Notes under the pieces: generated by a model
What the model was told of the DNA's origin: nothing
What the model saw: only the letters and a program-made list of their open reading frames with translations
The model's database searches: none
Program-made: the position numbers and the translations under genes
Shown here: positions 1 to 12,919 of the stretch, in pieces
Layout of the letters: each line of letters opens with the position of its first letter
How positions within the stretch are numbered: the first letter of the stretch is position 1
From: Tubulanus polymorphus
Taxonomy: Eukaryota; Animalia; Nemertea
NCBI RefSeq assembly: GCF_964204645.1
Contig: NC_134033.1
Coordinates: 15,322,655-15,386,654, forward strand
DNA: 64,000 nucleotides
Direction of reading: 5' to 3'

Positions 1-816
1 ATTATCGGCGCACTAACTCGATTTAGACCAACGGACGGATTTATCTCGATTTCTGACTCCTAATCCGCGCCAATGTAAACCAAATTTCCGACGGATTATC
101 ACCCATAGCTACGCCAACAATGGTCGGATTGTTGCCTAGCGATGATTAAACTGACGTATATCACGTTCGGTATTGAACGTCGATAATGAGTTTTAACCAT
201 AAATAACGATGCGACGTACTACGTTTTCTGATTAATTGTCCGACGGACTTAGCAGCCGAATTGATGCCTGAACAAATGGCGATAAATTCCCCTCTGAAAA
301 AAAAATACTTCCCGAATCTCGTAAGATGGAAACCCGTCAAAAACATTTCATCAGAGTATTGCTTCGCGGATCGCGACTGTGGTAAGCGAGGATCCGCTAG
401 GTTGGTTCGCGAGTTGAAGCGGTCCTGCTTTCATAACCGTTTATGCAATTAATTGTAAATACTGTTTTTTTCCTCCATATACCATGGAAATGGTTGGAGT
501 GTAATAAATATTCGTATTCGTATTCGGCATGCATGAATTCTGTCCACATTCGATTTAAAAACATTCTTTTTTCTTATAAAGTAAATTCTATAAGTCTAAC
601 AATTCTATTCTATATATGCATGTATATATTGAAATATTAGTTAACATAGGCTAAATATGTCTACGTTCCCTAATGCTTGAATTCTTAGAAAAGCGCTGAA
701 TAGAAGCACATTTTATTATCATCATTATTTTCATCATTGATATTAGTATTATTTATCGTAGCAATTAAGCCAAACCCAGTTTTGGTGTATGTAGGATTTT
801 GTACTGAGGTGCCATC

Positions 817-930
817 CAAACACTAGGTATTGTTAGCACCGTCCCCGTTTACTCGGGGTGCCCTACAAACACTAGGTATTGTAAGCGCCGTCCCCGTTTA
901 CCCGGGTCCTACAAACACTAGGTATTGTAC
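817..930. repeat. Tandem repeat, unit about 47-50 bp, about 2.3 copies
   Basis: caaacactaggtattgt...ccgtccccgttta recurs at about 817, 867 and 912. Confidence 0.8.
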
Positions 931-1175
931 GTAGTCCAATCTACTTTTCTTGTAACTTCTCTGTAACGAGCTCAGCTTTTTACATCTTTCCTCTCCTCTC
1001 TGTCATTTCTCTTTTCTCTCTCTCTTTCATCTGGTGCCTGCGCTAGCGGCCTACAAGGCTTTGCAAGGCCCACATGAAAAAGCACAATACAATGTTGCAA
1101 ATTTATATATTTTTTCTCTTTTTTGAATCGTTTACTTGTAATAATGTTACGTTTTTTTGTGAAAATAAATTGATA

Positions 1176-1288
1176 TTGAAATTGAAAAAATTGTGAGCTT
1201 ACAGGGGCGCTCCATATTTTGGACGGTACCCAGGCGCCGTTGAAATTGAAAAATTGTGAGCTTACAGGGGCGCTCCATATTTTGGACG
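1176..1288. repeat. Direct duplication of about 50 bp
   Basis: ttgaaattgaaaaattgtgagcttacaggggcgctccatattttggacg occurs twice. Confidence 0.85.
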
Positions 1289-1894
1289 TTTCCACGGTGC
1301 AGAGGAGTCGTTCACGCGATAAATTGAGAAAAAAAAACGAATATTTCGATCCTTTGACGTCTCTTCAAAGCGGGGGTTTGTGTCAACTGATTTATAATCC
1401 ATAATCTTCTCAGTGTGGATACGAAATGATGAAATTCTATCTGGAAATTTCACGGCGAAGGTGATGATCCTTGTGAAGTAAAACCCGCTCTGAAAAGCAA
1501 TTTACTTAAAAGGTAAATCTGCTTTTCAAGGATACACGAAAAATCACGCTTTTGAACGATATCTCAAAGGTGTCAACACAAAACACTACTCATTAGGGTT
1601 TCAAACCCATTTGTGTCAAGATTTCCATCCTTTGTTGACGTTTCTATTCATAGCAACCGTCGTCAAAAGCAACGGCAACAATACGGTTTTATACGTTTCA
1701 TTGTTGGTTTTGTGTTGCTTAGAAGCACGCGAAATCCGCGCTGCTTCCGTTCGTAGCGTGCGAATGCACCGACTTTCCGTTACCGAAAATGTCATCTCAT
1801 TTTTACCGAAGGGTCAAGGTCAACCAGTGCTGTTTTAAGTAATTATTGAAAGAGAAGCAAAAAAAAACGAAATTCTTTAAATTTTAGCCTAAAA

Positions 1895-2190
1895 TTTTCG
1901 ATTGGTCTACACGATTTTGGAATTCTCTTCGTTCGTTTCAATCAGAATATATATACCGATTTTTGAATATCATAATCGGTAAACCTGATAGAAGCGACCG
2001 ATATAGAGTTTAGTAGATTTTGATTGGTCTCTACCGATTTTGGAATTCTCTTCTGGCGCCTTCGTTTCGACCAGAAAATGCTCTACCTAATCCGGAATCA
2101 CGTAATCTATGAACCTGATAGAAGCGGTCGGGGAGTTTGCAATCGGCGAAATCTGTATTCCTAAACCAAAATCGTACAATCGAAACCTGC
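1895..2190. repeat. Interspersed repeat with internal duplication; second copy at about 48300-48570
   Basis: The segments gattggtct..ccgatt.tggaattctcttctggcg..ttcgtttcgaccagaa..tgctctacct..tccgg..cctgatagaa are shared with the 48.3-48.6 kb copy. Confidence 0.7.
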
Positions 2191-3474
2191 GTTTCGACTT
2201 ACTTGTCAAAACTATGAGAGTTTTTTGACTCAATTCTTTGAGCGGTTTCAAAATTTTCAAAACGAAGCTTTTCTCTCATAGAGTCTGTTTCAAAATTATT
2301 GGGTTTTTCTTCAGCATAGACACACAGATAGTCACCTGTTTGTGGAAACCTATACAGCAAATAAAAGTTTTCCATCAACGCCCAGATATTAGTTTTTTCC
2401 TGTACAAAGTTAGCTTTTATTTTCACGTTTGAAAAGCTATCCGTTGTTTGTGTCACACACACACAAGGGAACTGTATAACGAACATATATCGATATTCTA
2501 TCCTAGAAAACCCCGGCGGCAAAATAACATGTACGTATATATATTTGGAGATATCATTCATTAGCCACTAACAACATAACTATATCGTGTATTCGATTTA
2601 CTGAAATCGTCATAAAGTTGAAAAGATATATACACACCTACCGCGCTGGGTTACCGTAAACCTGCTAATAAGTACAAGTATCAGTTATTTCGTAATTTCT
2701 CGGAGAAACCAACAAAAGCTTTTAGATGTAAACCTTGCCCGAAACATATTTGTTTCGGTTATATTGTATATAGGGTAATCTATTTTGATTTCTTAAACAC
2801 AATTAAATGCCGTTAAGATGTTTTTATCCTATTACATATATCAGGAATAGTTTAGATATGTATTGATCCATCCTGTATAGCCTATTGCCAATAGTACATG
2901 CTAGGTCGTTGTGACGAGGTTCAACTATATTTCATTATCACGTTACGTTTTGATAAAACTATAGATGTATTTATAAACCCTTCTGTATTCACCCCTGGCA
3001 TTTTTCACATATCTTGTGTATATTTGTATTTTTGCTATAAGCAATATCGTCAAAAGTTGAAAACAAATCATCGGAACTATCTCTTCTTTCTGTTAATGTG
3101 TTCAAGTTATTTCGTACGTTATTCAAGGAATCCCTTCTGGCTCACATTTCGTTAAAGTAAACAATTCGATTCTTGAAAAAGTATTGAAACTGCGCGGATG
3201 ATGCCGAAAATAAAAGTCCCTGCTATATATAAACAGCAACACGATTTATTGATTCCGTTTATGAAATGTTTGAATATAAAACTGTGGGATCAAGTAAATT
3301 TAAAACTCTGAGTCTTTTCTTCTTCTCTGGAGTTCGGAATTTCATAAACGAACGGTTTCTCTGCTGCTCACAAGAAAAAGAAACGAGCCACTTTTGCCAC
3401 CACCAACTGCAATAAAATTGGTAATCAGTTTATTTCTACAGATGCCCAGTCCGTTGGTGATTCAAAAAGTAAAA

Positions 3475-3733
3475 CAGTCAACCCCCCGATATACTGCGCC
3501 CACATCGGTGCAGAACGATTTTGGCGGTATTGAGAGTATGGCGGTATATCGGGGTGTTTTACTATGTATTTGTATAGGGACTTACATTGAGAAAACCTGG
3601 CGGTAGGCGGGGGTCGTGGTATATGGGAGGGTGGTATATCGGGGGTTCACTGTATTTGTATTTGAGATGTGCATTGAGAAAACCTGGCGGTAGGCGGGGT
3701 GGCGGTAGAGGGCGGTATATCGGGGGTTGACTG
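3475..3733. mobile_element. Tc1/mariner (pogo/Tigger-like) MITE
   Basis: TIRs cagtcaaccccccgatatac / gtatatcgggggttgactg followed by TA, with an internal duplication. A related copy lies at 5263-5434. Confidence 0.75.
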
Positions 3734-4672
3734 TATTAGTAATGTAGCCTTCTAAATCAGTTAGTCATTTTGTCAAGTGTGGAATCGAGTAAAAAGAAAA
3801 CTGTTGAAAAAAATCATCGGAGGACTAAATCATAGGAAACATTTTCGGACTAACTAATGTCTGTGATCAATTAAAAAGAAAACTCTTTCGACTTTTTTCT
3901 TCTTTCTGGGGTGCGAAAAGGTTTCTGCTGCTCACAAGAAAAGAAACTCCGTTCATGCCTCAAATTAGCGTCGAATCGGATTTGATTCGATGAACAAACG
4001 CTAGTCTGTGTAAATTGCGTCGAGAATGTTTGCCCGGCGTGTTATCGTAACCAGTGTAAGTATTTACACGCAGTAAATTGCGACCGGTTATTTTTCTGGC
4101 GTGAAGTCCTCACCCGTTCACCCCTTGTGCATATACACGTCTTCTTCTAAACGATCTAACGCAATTTTACCAATTATACTCACCCGCCGATGCCTGCGCG
4201 CCGGGCTCGAGCGAGTATAGTCGCGGGTGATGATGATAATTTCACACGACGAATAGGATTGGAAATGGCGTTCTATTGAAACGACAAATATCGTTGTGAA
4301 ATGGAATCGTGAGCCATAAGTGGATTATCACATTCAATCATTGTGCTGATAAGAGCTTCCATTTGATTATCGAGCAGGAGATGAAACTAGTTATTGTGTT
4401 TTCCGTGTCAAAGGCTTTCTGACAGTCCGCGTAGTTATTGTATTTTCCGTGTCAAAGGCTTTGGCGCGATCTACGAAAACAGCTAATTTGCACAAGTGCA
4501 CTGACGTTATTATGCGGGCAATTGGCGGATATTTCTAGAAGGTAAATTGAATTACGTGTTTCCTTATAACGGGAAGAATAACCGAACAAAGCGACGAAAT
4601 CAAAATGGCGAATATTTCTCCCGCTAAACTGTAATATATGTATTTACTATAATTTTCCGGGAATATTCATAC

Positions 4673-4935
4673 ATTGCATATTGACGAGGAGAGAATCCCA
4701 CAATGATAATAAAAAGTCCGAAAATGAAACTTCGAGATAGTAGTTTATTTCAACGTTTCGACTATATCCTAATAGTCATCTTCAGGAATAATGACTATTA
4801 GGATATAGTCGAGACGTTGAAATAAACTACTATCTCGAAGTTTCATTTTCGGACTTTTTATTATCATTGTGGGATTCTCTCCTCATCACGTCAACACGGA
4901 TATAGTGTTCTACCAATCGTGATTGCATATTGACG
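4673..4935. mobile_element. Penelope-like (PLE) terminal-repeat insertion forming a long inverted repeat, bounded by a 14-bp direct repeat
   Basis: Near-perfect arms of about 94 bp (4686-4779 / 4791-4884). attgcatattgacg is repeated at 4673-4686 and 4922-4935. The element contains a minimal hammerhead motif. Confidence 0.7.
4745..4791 (-). ncRNA. Minimal type I hammerhead ribozyme motif (PLE-associated)
   Basis: The minus strand reads UUAUUC-CUGAAGA-U-GACUAU(UAGGAU)AUAGUC-GAAAC-GUU-GAAAUAA. This gives intact core boxes, a 6-bp helix II, a palindromic ACGU in place of helix III, and helix I with one bulge. Confidence 0.65.
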
Positions 4936-5262
4936 TTAATATCGTGTATGGACACAAGGTAATAGACAGATTGGTCACTCTATCACCAACATGATTCTGG
5001 GCTCAATTCCACAGTGCACAGTGCAGGCGCGGATCCATGAGGGGAGGAATGCTTTAGGCCCTTTGAAAATATCCTTCAGAGTATCTCCTTTCTGTAACAT
5101 TTCGAGTACAAATTGTGGTTTAAGTACGTTTTGTATAAGCAGTGCCTGAAGATACTCAGAATACATCAAAATAGAATCATTTTTCGAAATTATCTGGGGG
5201 ATGACCAGCAGTTCCGCCAAAATGAGAATTCCTGAATTGAGCAACGTTTCGGCTAATGACTA

Positions 5263-5434
5263 CAGTCAGCCCAGATATACCACCCACATCGATGCAGAAC
5301 GATTTTGGCGGTATAGAGAGTATGGTGGTATATCGGGGTGTTTTATTATATTGAGATGAACATTGAGAAGATCTGTCGGTAGGTGGGGTAGCGGTATATG
5401 ATAGGGGTGGGGGTGTAAATTGGGAGGTTGACTG
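5263..5434. mobile_element. Tc1/mariner-type MITE inserted (TA TSD) into a hammerhead motif
   Basis: TA|cagtc...gactg|TA, same family as 3475-3733. The flanks rejoin into a CUGAUGA...GAAACGUU motif on the minus strand. Confidence 0.7.
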
Positions 5435-8400
5435 TATTAGCGATCATCAGGCTGAATTGATTTCTGATTTGACACCAGGTTCCTCTTCAACTCTTCAATT
5501 CATTTCGGCGAAAGGTTCACCACGCGAGATGAAAATGAATCATTACGGTTGGGATATTTCTAGTTCATTAGACCTCGAAGTTGTCATAAAAGGAGCACCG
5601 GGTGATTCGCACCCAGCAGGTCACAGTTAATGGCAAACGATTATCGAAAGGTAATTAAACCCGATGAATACAAGAAGCCGACGATAGAAATGTATCTTTT
5701 GTCCGCATCCCGTTATAAACGACCGCCATTATGTTCACAAACACCTATGCACAGTTCCTAACCTAATGGCGCGAGAGGTCGCGGTTATTATGCGCACGAC
5801 GATACCCTATTAAAGAAAACAGATGGATTCGAACGCAATTTCAATAGATCCATCACAATCTAACGCGTCTTCCCGAAGCGTTAACAATAGAGGCGAGAAA
5901 ATGGAGCGATTGTTGCCGCATTCACATCGCGCATAAACAACTTTCTAAAAGTGAGTAATTAGTCACCGGCAGACGTGTGAAACCAATCAGCGAATGTATC
6001 AATACGCCTTTTGTAACCGACTAACACCTGAATCGGAACTATTTAGCCAGAAGCCGAACCGATAATGAGTATATGAGGTCTGTCGAATAAAGGCGTTTGA
6101 TGAAATTGGTATTCAAGGCGCGTCACGGTGTCGTTTTTGAGATGGTGATGATGGAAGCATTCGTCGGTGGTAAAAGTCATCTGGAAATTAACTCAGATGA
6201 ATGCAACCCGCTTCTGACGGCTACAAAAGACTGGTGCCCGCTACACAATGGCAAACACAATCTGTCCATTTACGTGTATACACAATCAGAGATTACTGAT
6301 ACGCAATTCCCTGACATGTCTGCAGTTCTATCATTAGTGGAAGTAACTAGTAAAAAGTTTCTCTGTGTTTTGTTGTTGCTGTTGAAAAACAGCTTTGTTG
6401 TTGCGCGGAAGCGGCGGCGCCTTTGCGGACAAACCCCTGATTACTTTTTCCGTATACAGTTATAAGTTGCACCGAGATCTTCGGCGGCGGCCAGCAGTCA
6501 GATTTTATTTCCATTTGGCGGTGAACGTGGTGCTAGAGCTGGTACGTAAAGTGGCAGCGTTGGATTCTGATAGCACGCTTGAATATCGTCTCAGTTGCTC
6601 CAAAGTTAGTTGGAAAAGTCAACCAGTGGATGACGCCAATTGAAACTGCATTTTGTCATTCACCTTATGGTTGACTCTATTCTGTAGGTCGTCATGGTGC
6701 TATTAAACATCGAAAAATTATTCATCGAACACACTTTTTTGTAGGATGGCACAAAAGATCTCAAATCTATCCAATTTCTTCACAATGATTAAATCCATCT
6801 TAAATATATTTAGAATGTTAATTCTTTTTGAGAATTCTTGGCCCTGGGTATAAATAACCCTGTAACCTTGGAGTAAATGATTACTTCAAGCTATAAAGAA
6901 GCGCAGTTGACTCAAACAGCTATCGTCTGCCGATGAGAATTCGTTAACAATACCCCCAATAAATCTGTTTACTAAAGGCCCCTTGTCACCGAGGGTCATC
7001 ATTGCTAACAAATAATGAAAAACGGAAAGTGCCGGTTGCGTGACAATACACAGAACACGATTCATCAAAGCGGTCTTCTGTCTTCAAACTGTCGTCGTCT
7101 TGGTAACAATTAGCGAGCAACAATGTCGGCAGGTGAACCGCTCTAATTGTGTTCATTGTTGGCTGATTGGACCAATCAACGATTGCGTGTCGTAATTACC
7201 GCCGCGTGAATTATTAGAGTTCTCATAAAGAGGAAACACGGAATTTTATCAGATCGACCCCGACGCCTCCTTCTCTTCTTGACAATCTCGGAGATGAAAA
7301 TTACCCGCGGTTTGACAGTCACCGCTTTGTAAGTCTTTTCGGCGCGTTATTGAAAGTCGCGCGTATTCGTGACAGACGGGTCTTTGTAGGGGCGCGCGAC
7401 GTAAATTGGCGTTGACAATTCGGTAAGCACGGTATGGTCGTTAGGCGTATTTGTTCCCGTCGCCGATAACGAACATTATTTAGTTAATTTTCATCACGAC
7501 ACTGAACTTCTTGCCTCTAATCAAAACATGTATAACTTTATTAGTACTCACACGATATGCATACGACTTGAATACACACGACCTATCTCTGTCAATTATA
7601 CCCCGATTCATGTTAGAATTCGTTCTCATGCCAATCGAATATTTTATTGGTTTTCATCGGCAGGTGACTGTCTAATGATGATATGAATAAAAAAGTAAAA
7701 GCCCACAAAAAGTGGGAAAAATGAGATGAAAATTACACGTTTCGACCTAGCCCTAACCATATGGGCCGCAGATTTATTATGCAGTTATAACAACACAGCG
7801 AGTAGCGACAAGGGACCAGTTGCTCAAACGTTATCTAAAGTTAACCAGTAGATAGTTGACAGTGATGATGAAAAATTCGTTGTCACTATGGTATATTCAT
7901 CCATCGGTTATCTTTAAGCAACTTTTGACCAACCGGCCCCAGACTGGTTACTATATGAACGGCAAATAAATACATGAAACTCTGTTGCTGCTAATGAACA
8001 TAACATTGTCGGATTACAACAAAAGATACGAAAAGAAATATCATGAAATACAAATAAATACAGAACAATAAAAAATACAGAGGAATCATGGTAGCACGCC
8101 AAACAGTTTCAAGTTCCTGATACAAAAACAGTTAGAGATGAATACATATTCTGTATGTGATGACCGAATTTTTCGGGCGATTTATAAATTCGCCGCGATC
8201 GGGCGAAAAAATACGCTCGGGTGTACGTGAGTGAGGAGATGATTTAACGCCCCACGAAGAGAGAAACCTTAATCTTTTATGTGTCTTATGTCCCCCGCGG
8301 ATACTGGGATTTTAAGGATTCATTTGTGTGGTTGAAATCGTCTATTTCGTTGTTTATTGTTTTTTTTTGTGTGAAATCTATCGCGAGTTTGTCAGATAAA

Positions 8401-11400
8401 GTGTAAAAGGAAGTAAGCAAAATGGAAATAAATGAGTAACAATGATTATAATGGTGATATAAATCCGAAATGTTGCCTTTGAGCGAATATTATTCGAAGT
8501 TTCAACTATTTGGTCATCTTCAGATTGCTGATCCATTACGGAACATTCTCTAACATGTATAAAAGTTGTTTTCCCTGACTCGGCCTGCTAAGAATCCAAT
8601 CAATTAACACAGTGAAATACATAAAATCATGTAATCTAGCAACCTAAACACTTTTCCCTGATTTTTTGGCTTTTTTTATACAAAATTCCCCGATTTTTAC
8701 TTTTTTAAAGAAAATAGAATTCTCTGACATTTCCCCGATTTCCAGGTAGTGGCCACGTCATCCTTGCAACATGGAACCATCAGAGTGTTTCATCAACGGT
8801 GATGATAAGTACAGAGAGGAATAGAAGGGGAGGGATAGCTTCAATATTGTCGTCTTTGGTGATTATGAAATTATGGCAATAATAAAACGCGATTGCGCAC
8901 TGAACGATCTGTCAACACGGACACTACGGATGATATTGAGAATGAGATATTACCAGTTGTGATGACACTCGTCTATGTATCGACGCCAAAAACGGCAACA
9001 AATTATTTTACGACCAGGCGCGCGCGCGCGTTCGCGCAAAAATTGATTGTCACGAAAACGTCATCGACGCCGGATTGATGTCTTTACGTTCGGCAACAAT
9101 GAACGTTTAATTTCAACGACGCGTTAACGTTACCCCGACCTGTCAACGCGCAGAGACGACGTTCGGCGCATCACGACACATATCACTATACCCAATGTTA
9201 TTATATCTGTCAGCTTAGGTGTCAACCCCCTATTTTTTTGTTGTAATCAAACCTTTATTTGTGTATCTTTAAAGCAATTGAACGGATTCATATCAGCATG
9301 CACCAGAAGAAGCGAAGCTTTAATCTCATGACCTTTTTGGTTTTTATGACAAATGATCCGCGTATTATTTCTGATTCATTTCACCTGATTGTGGCGGTTA
9401 TCTTTAAAATCTGTGAGGGTCAACACTTGGGGAGTAATAATACTGTCTTTGGTTCCCCCGGACGACGGTCTCTGATAGGACGAAACGAGCAGGGAAGATT
9501 CGGAAATTTTCACATATTTTCACGTCGCCATTTTCCACTTTTTCACATTTCTTCATACCATAAAACATGATTTTTTTCACATTTTTTTAAAAATATCAAA
9601 AACAGAATTATCACACTAAATCTTTGAAGATACGTGTATCTTCACTTTCGACGAGGTTTTATGCTAGAATTGCATAGTTAAACATGTTTAAGGCGATATA
9701 ACAATTTAACCTGTTTAGGTTATACAAATCAACGAATGAGACCCAACTAGACTATGAACATGAACATGTGCTATGAACAATCAAGTGTTGAAACAAAATA
9801 TCGAAAAACAGCTCGCAATTTCACAGCATTTCGTAGAACTTTTCCAAAAAAAAAATCTTCTCCCCTCATTTGCATATTGCTAGCAGTCGGGTGAGATCTT
9901 CACATAAATTGAAATTCAAGCGGAGACCAGTTTTTTCTTGAAATTCCAGCCCCTGAATTCAATATCATATCGGCCTAGACCCTTCTACTGGCGCGTAAGG
10001 AAATGCCAGAGAAAAAAGTCGTTTGGAGAAGAAAGAAAGCAGATCCGCGGAAATATAAACCGTGCTATTTACCAAATAGAACCTATCGATTTCACGACTT
10101 TCATTCTTCAGAAGTAGAAAAGCGGCCATTGTGTTCTGTGTGATTTAGAATCCCATCGTCTGCAGTGCGGGAAGCGCCGTTATTTTGCAAACTAGAATAT
10201 ATCAATTTCAGATTTCCTTTCGGGACGGATTTTTTTCAAAGAGTAATTCGACAATCGCATGAAAAGATCATTTGGTTTCCCTTTCAGCAATTCGAAACTC
10301 GACGAAACAATTCGCTTTAGCGCCGAAGTCAAAACCCGATAAGCCGGCAAACACGCGCCAACAATGCCAGCCGTTTTTATGTCCCATTGCCGTTACCGAG
10401 TAACTGATACAACAATTATCGACCCTTCAGTGCACGTGTCTGTTGTCCTTATGAAAATAAAAAGTGCCCCCGAACAATGGCCGAGTCGCTGTGAGGGATC
10501 GAAAACTCTCTGTCTTGAGTTCCGATATCCCGCAAAAAATGATGGATTTGAAATTCTATTTAAAAAGAAAAAGAAACGTTTTCTGCAACCCTTTTCTTAT
10601 GCCTATCGATGATATTCTGGATGTTTCTTTGAGCTACATGACAAACCCAATTCAATAATCCATAGGCTATAAGCATACTTGCCCCTTTGATAATTCAATT
10701 ATCCATTCTGACCCTTTTGTCCATCACGCGTTACAAGTACTGTCGACATTTTCTACTGTGTTTTCCGTATAATGCGTTTTTGTTGTATCAAGATCTGTAG
10801 TTATGGACCAACATGCAGTTCCACAGCTGTGAGTTAGGATTTGGCTGAGTTGAAACATTGAAAATGAACTAATTTCTTAAACTCTGAAAAACTATGGAAC
10901 TGGTTTACTGATCGAGTTTTCGAACTTTTTGTTCATTTGTGTTAAGTGTCGAGTTGCTTGGTGTAACTTCTGGCTCAAGCATTATCTATCATTGCACAAC
11001 GTAAATTTTGTACTGAATCAAGTAAGAATTTGTGGTTGAACAATCAGGCGATACCCGATAACCGAAGCGAAGAAATTAATACGATATCATTAAAAAACAA
11101 ATCGTTTTTTAGATAGATAGTTCAGCGAAGCGTGGACTATGAATGTCACTGTGGGATTATACAAGGTTAAATCGCTTTAGTTAATCCCTTTACAATTTCC
11201 CCTAACAATGTCATAATAGCAATAGAAGTGTCGCTATCACGTATCACAACACGACCAGCAGGGTATCTGGAACAATCTTGTCAATACCAACCACAGGGGT
11301 GGATCCTGACGGGGGCACAAAGTGCACGTGCTCCTGTCGCCTGTGCCCTTTAGAAAAACGATAGCAATTTTCTTCGGGGCAATTTTTCGACCCGCAACTA

Positions 11401-11929
11401 TAATAGAGCTGCGCAGTGGCAGGCAATTGCATTGAAATGCCGTGAAATTTCAAAATTGTTCAGACCCTTAATGCCTCGGCGTGAATGTTGCCTTTTTTTA
11501 AATGCCCTTGTCATTACTTTGTGCTCCTGTCAAAATTCTGCCCGTGGATACGCCTGGCCTCTGAACCAGACTCTTTTCATCTATAGAAAGTCATCAAATA
11601 TCAAGAGTCTTTCGTATTTTACTTGAGACACAGTTAGATTGAATGATGCCATTGAAATGGTTCGGCAGAAATCCAAGAGAGGGCGCCAAAGTACGATACT
11701 GTTGATTTATGCAAATTTCCACTTCCGGCCGGGAGAGGGAGCCACAGGACGGTGTCGTCGAAATCACATCCTCGACTTCGGCGCGACCTATTGAGAATTC
11801 GGCGTATAAAACAAGCTCTAAATCCTCTCTTTGTAACCGAGTTTTCATAATCAACCAAGATTCGAGTTGTAAAATTTATTTAACAATAAAAAATCATATA
11901 AAAACGTTGTAAATTTCATCAAATAAATT

Positions 11930-12092
11930 TCAGACTAGTGATTTATTATAAATTTATTGATTTGAGGCGTCTCGGGCAAAATACTCTATCAGTGTTGTTC
12001 CTAGAGCCAATACATCGTCTGCTATTAACATTAGCATAAACTTATCATACTCGTTCGCCAAACAATGATGTCACGCAGCAGGCAACATGCTC
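11930..12092 (-). other. Putative terminal 3'UTR exon of PEX1 with polyadenylation signals
   Basis: A donor CAG|GTAGAT at 12890 lies 29 nt after the stop. A strong acceptor tttgtttctgtttcag ends at 12093. Minus-strand AATAAA occurs at 11953-11958 and 11942-11947. Confidence 0.45.
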
Positions 12093-12413
12093 CTGAAACA
12101 GAAACAAACATGCGTCTTACATAACTTGGTCCAGGATCCGATCAATAGATTTTGGTTAAGATTTGGCTCATACAATAGGATTTTTTGTACCAAATTAAGT
12201 TATCAAATTCGAAACCCATTTCAGTAGTGAATAGGATAAAGGTTTGCGAACAAAACCACTTAATTAATGATTTACTGAGATAAACAGGACCGACTTAAGA
12301 GTAGTTAGTCTAGTACCTAGCTGTCATTTCGCAAACAACAGAGGTTCGATTTGATACTAAAATCAGATGTTGCATTGCAAGAAACAGGAGCTAACTGTTT
12401 CTCCTGCTATGGG

Positions 12414-12489
12414 AACCCGTAACAACGACTGGTATTCGTCGACTAAGGAGGAGTCTACATAGTTTGAATACCAGTCGTTGTTACAGGTT
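12414..12489. repeat. Short inverted-repeat hairpin (24-bp arms), probably a tiny MITE
   Basis: aacccgtaacaacgactggtattc ... gaataccagtcgttgttacaggtt. Confidence 0.7.
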
Positions 12490-12530
12490 AGGTCTTAAAT
12501 CATGGAAATGAACAATTGTTATACACAACA

Positions 12531-12795
12531 CAGGGGCGGATTTAGACCGTGTCGCCCGACATGGTCGGAATTTAAAAGCGCCTTTTTATACCACCTGAGA
12601 TACACAATAGATATTGTTCCTAAATGTATATAACCTATGTTTCTTGACTTAATGCCTCTCAGAGTTGCTCAGAAAGCTCTAAAATGATAGTAAAATTTCA
12701 AAATATTTGCTGATACGCCTTTCCGCCATAAATTAAGAATAAATGCCCTTTTTATTGGTTGACATGGTCACAACATGCCTCTGTATCCGCCCCTG
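12531..12795. mobile_element. Non-autonomous DNA transposon (CAGGGGCGGAT TIR) with 5-bp TSD
   Basis: caaca|caggggcggat...atccgcccctg|caaca. A highly similar copy lies at 17129-17429. Confidence 0.85.
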
Positions 12796-12919
12796 CAACA
12801 GAGTGAGTTAACAATGAACTGAGAATTGTGGAACCGGGTCATGTTTGAGGGTGGAAATTTTCGGCGAGATGGATTACAAAGTTTATCTACCTGCAGTTAT
12901 GAGAGTGTCACTCCTGCAG

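Noticed and set aside
1414-1511. AG...GT-bounded exon-like segment
   Set aside because: It has stop codons in all three frames.
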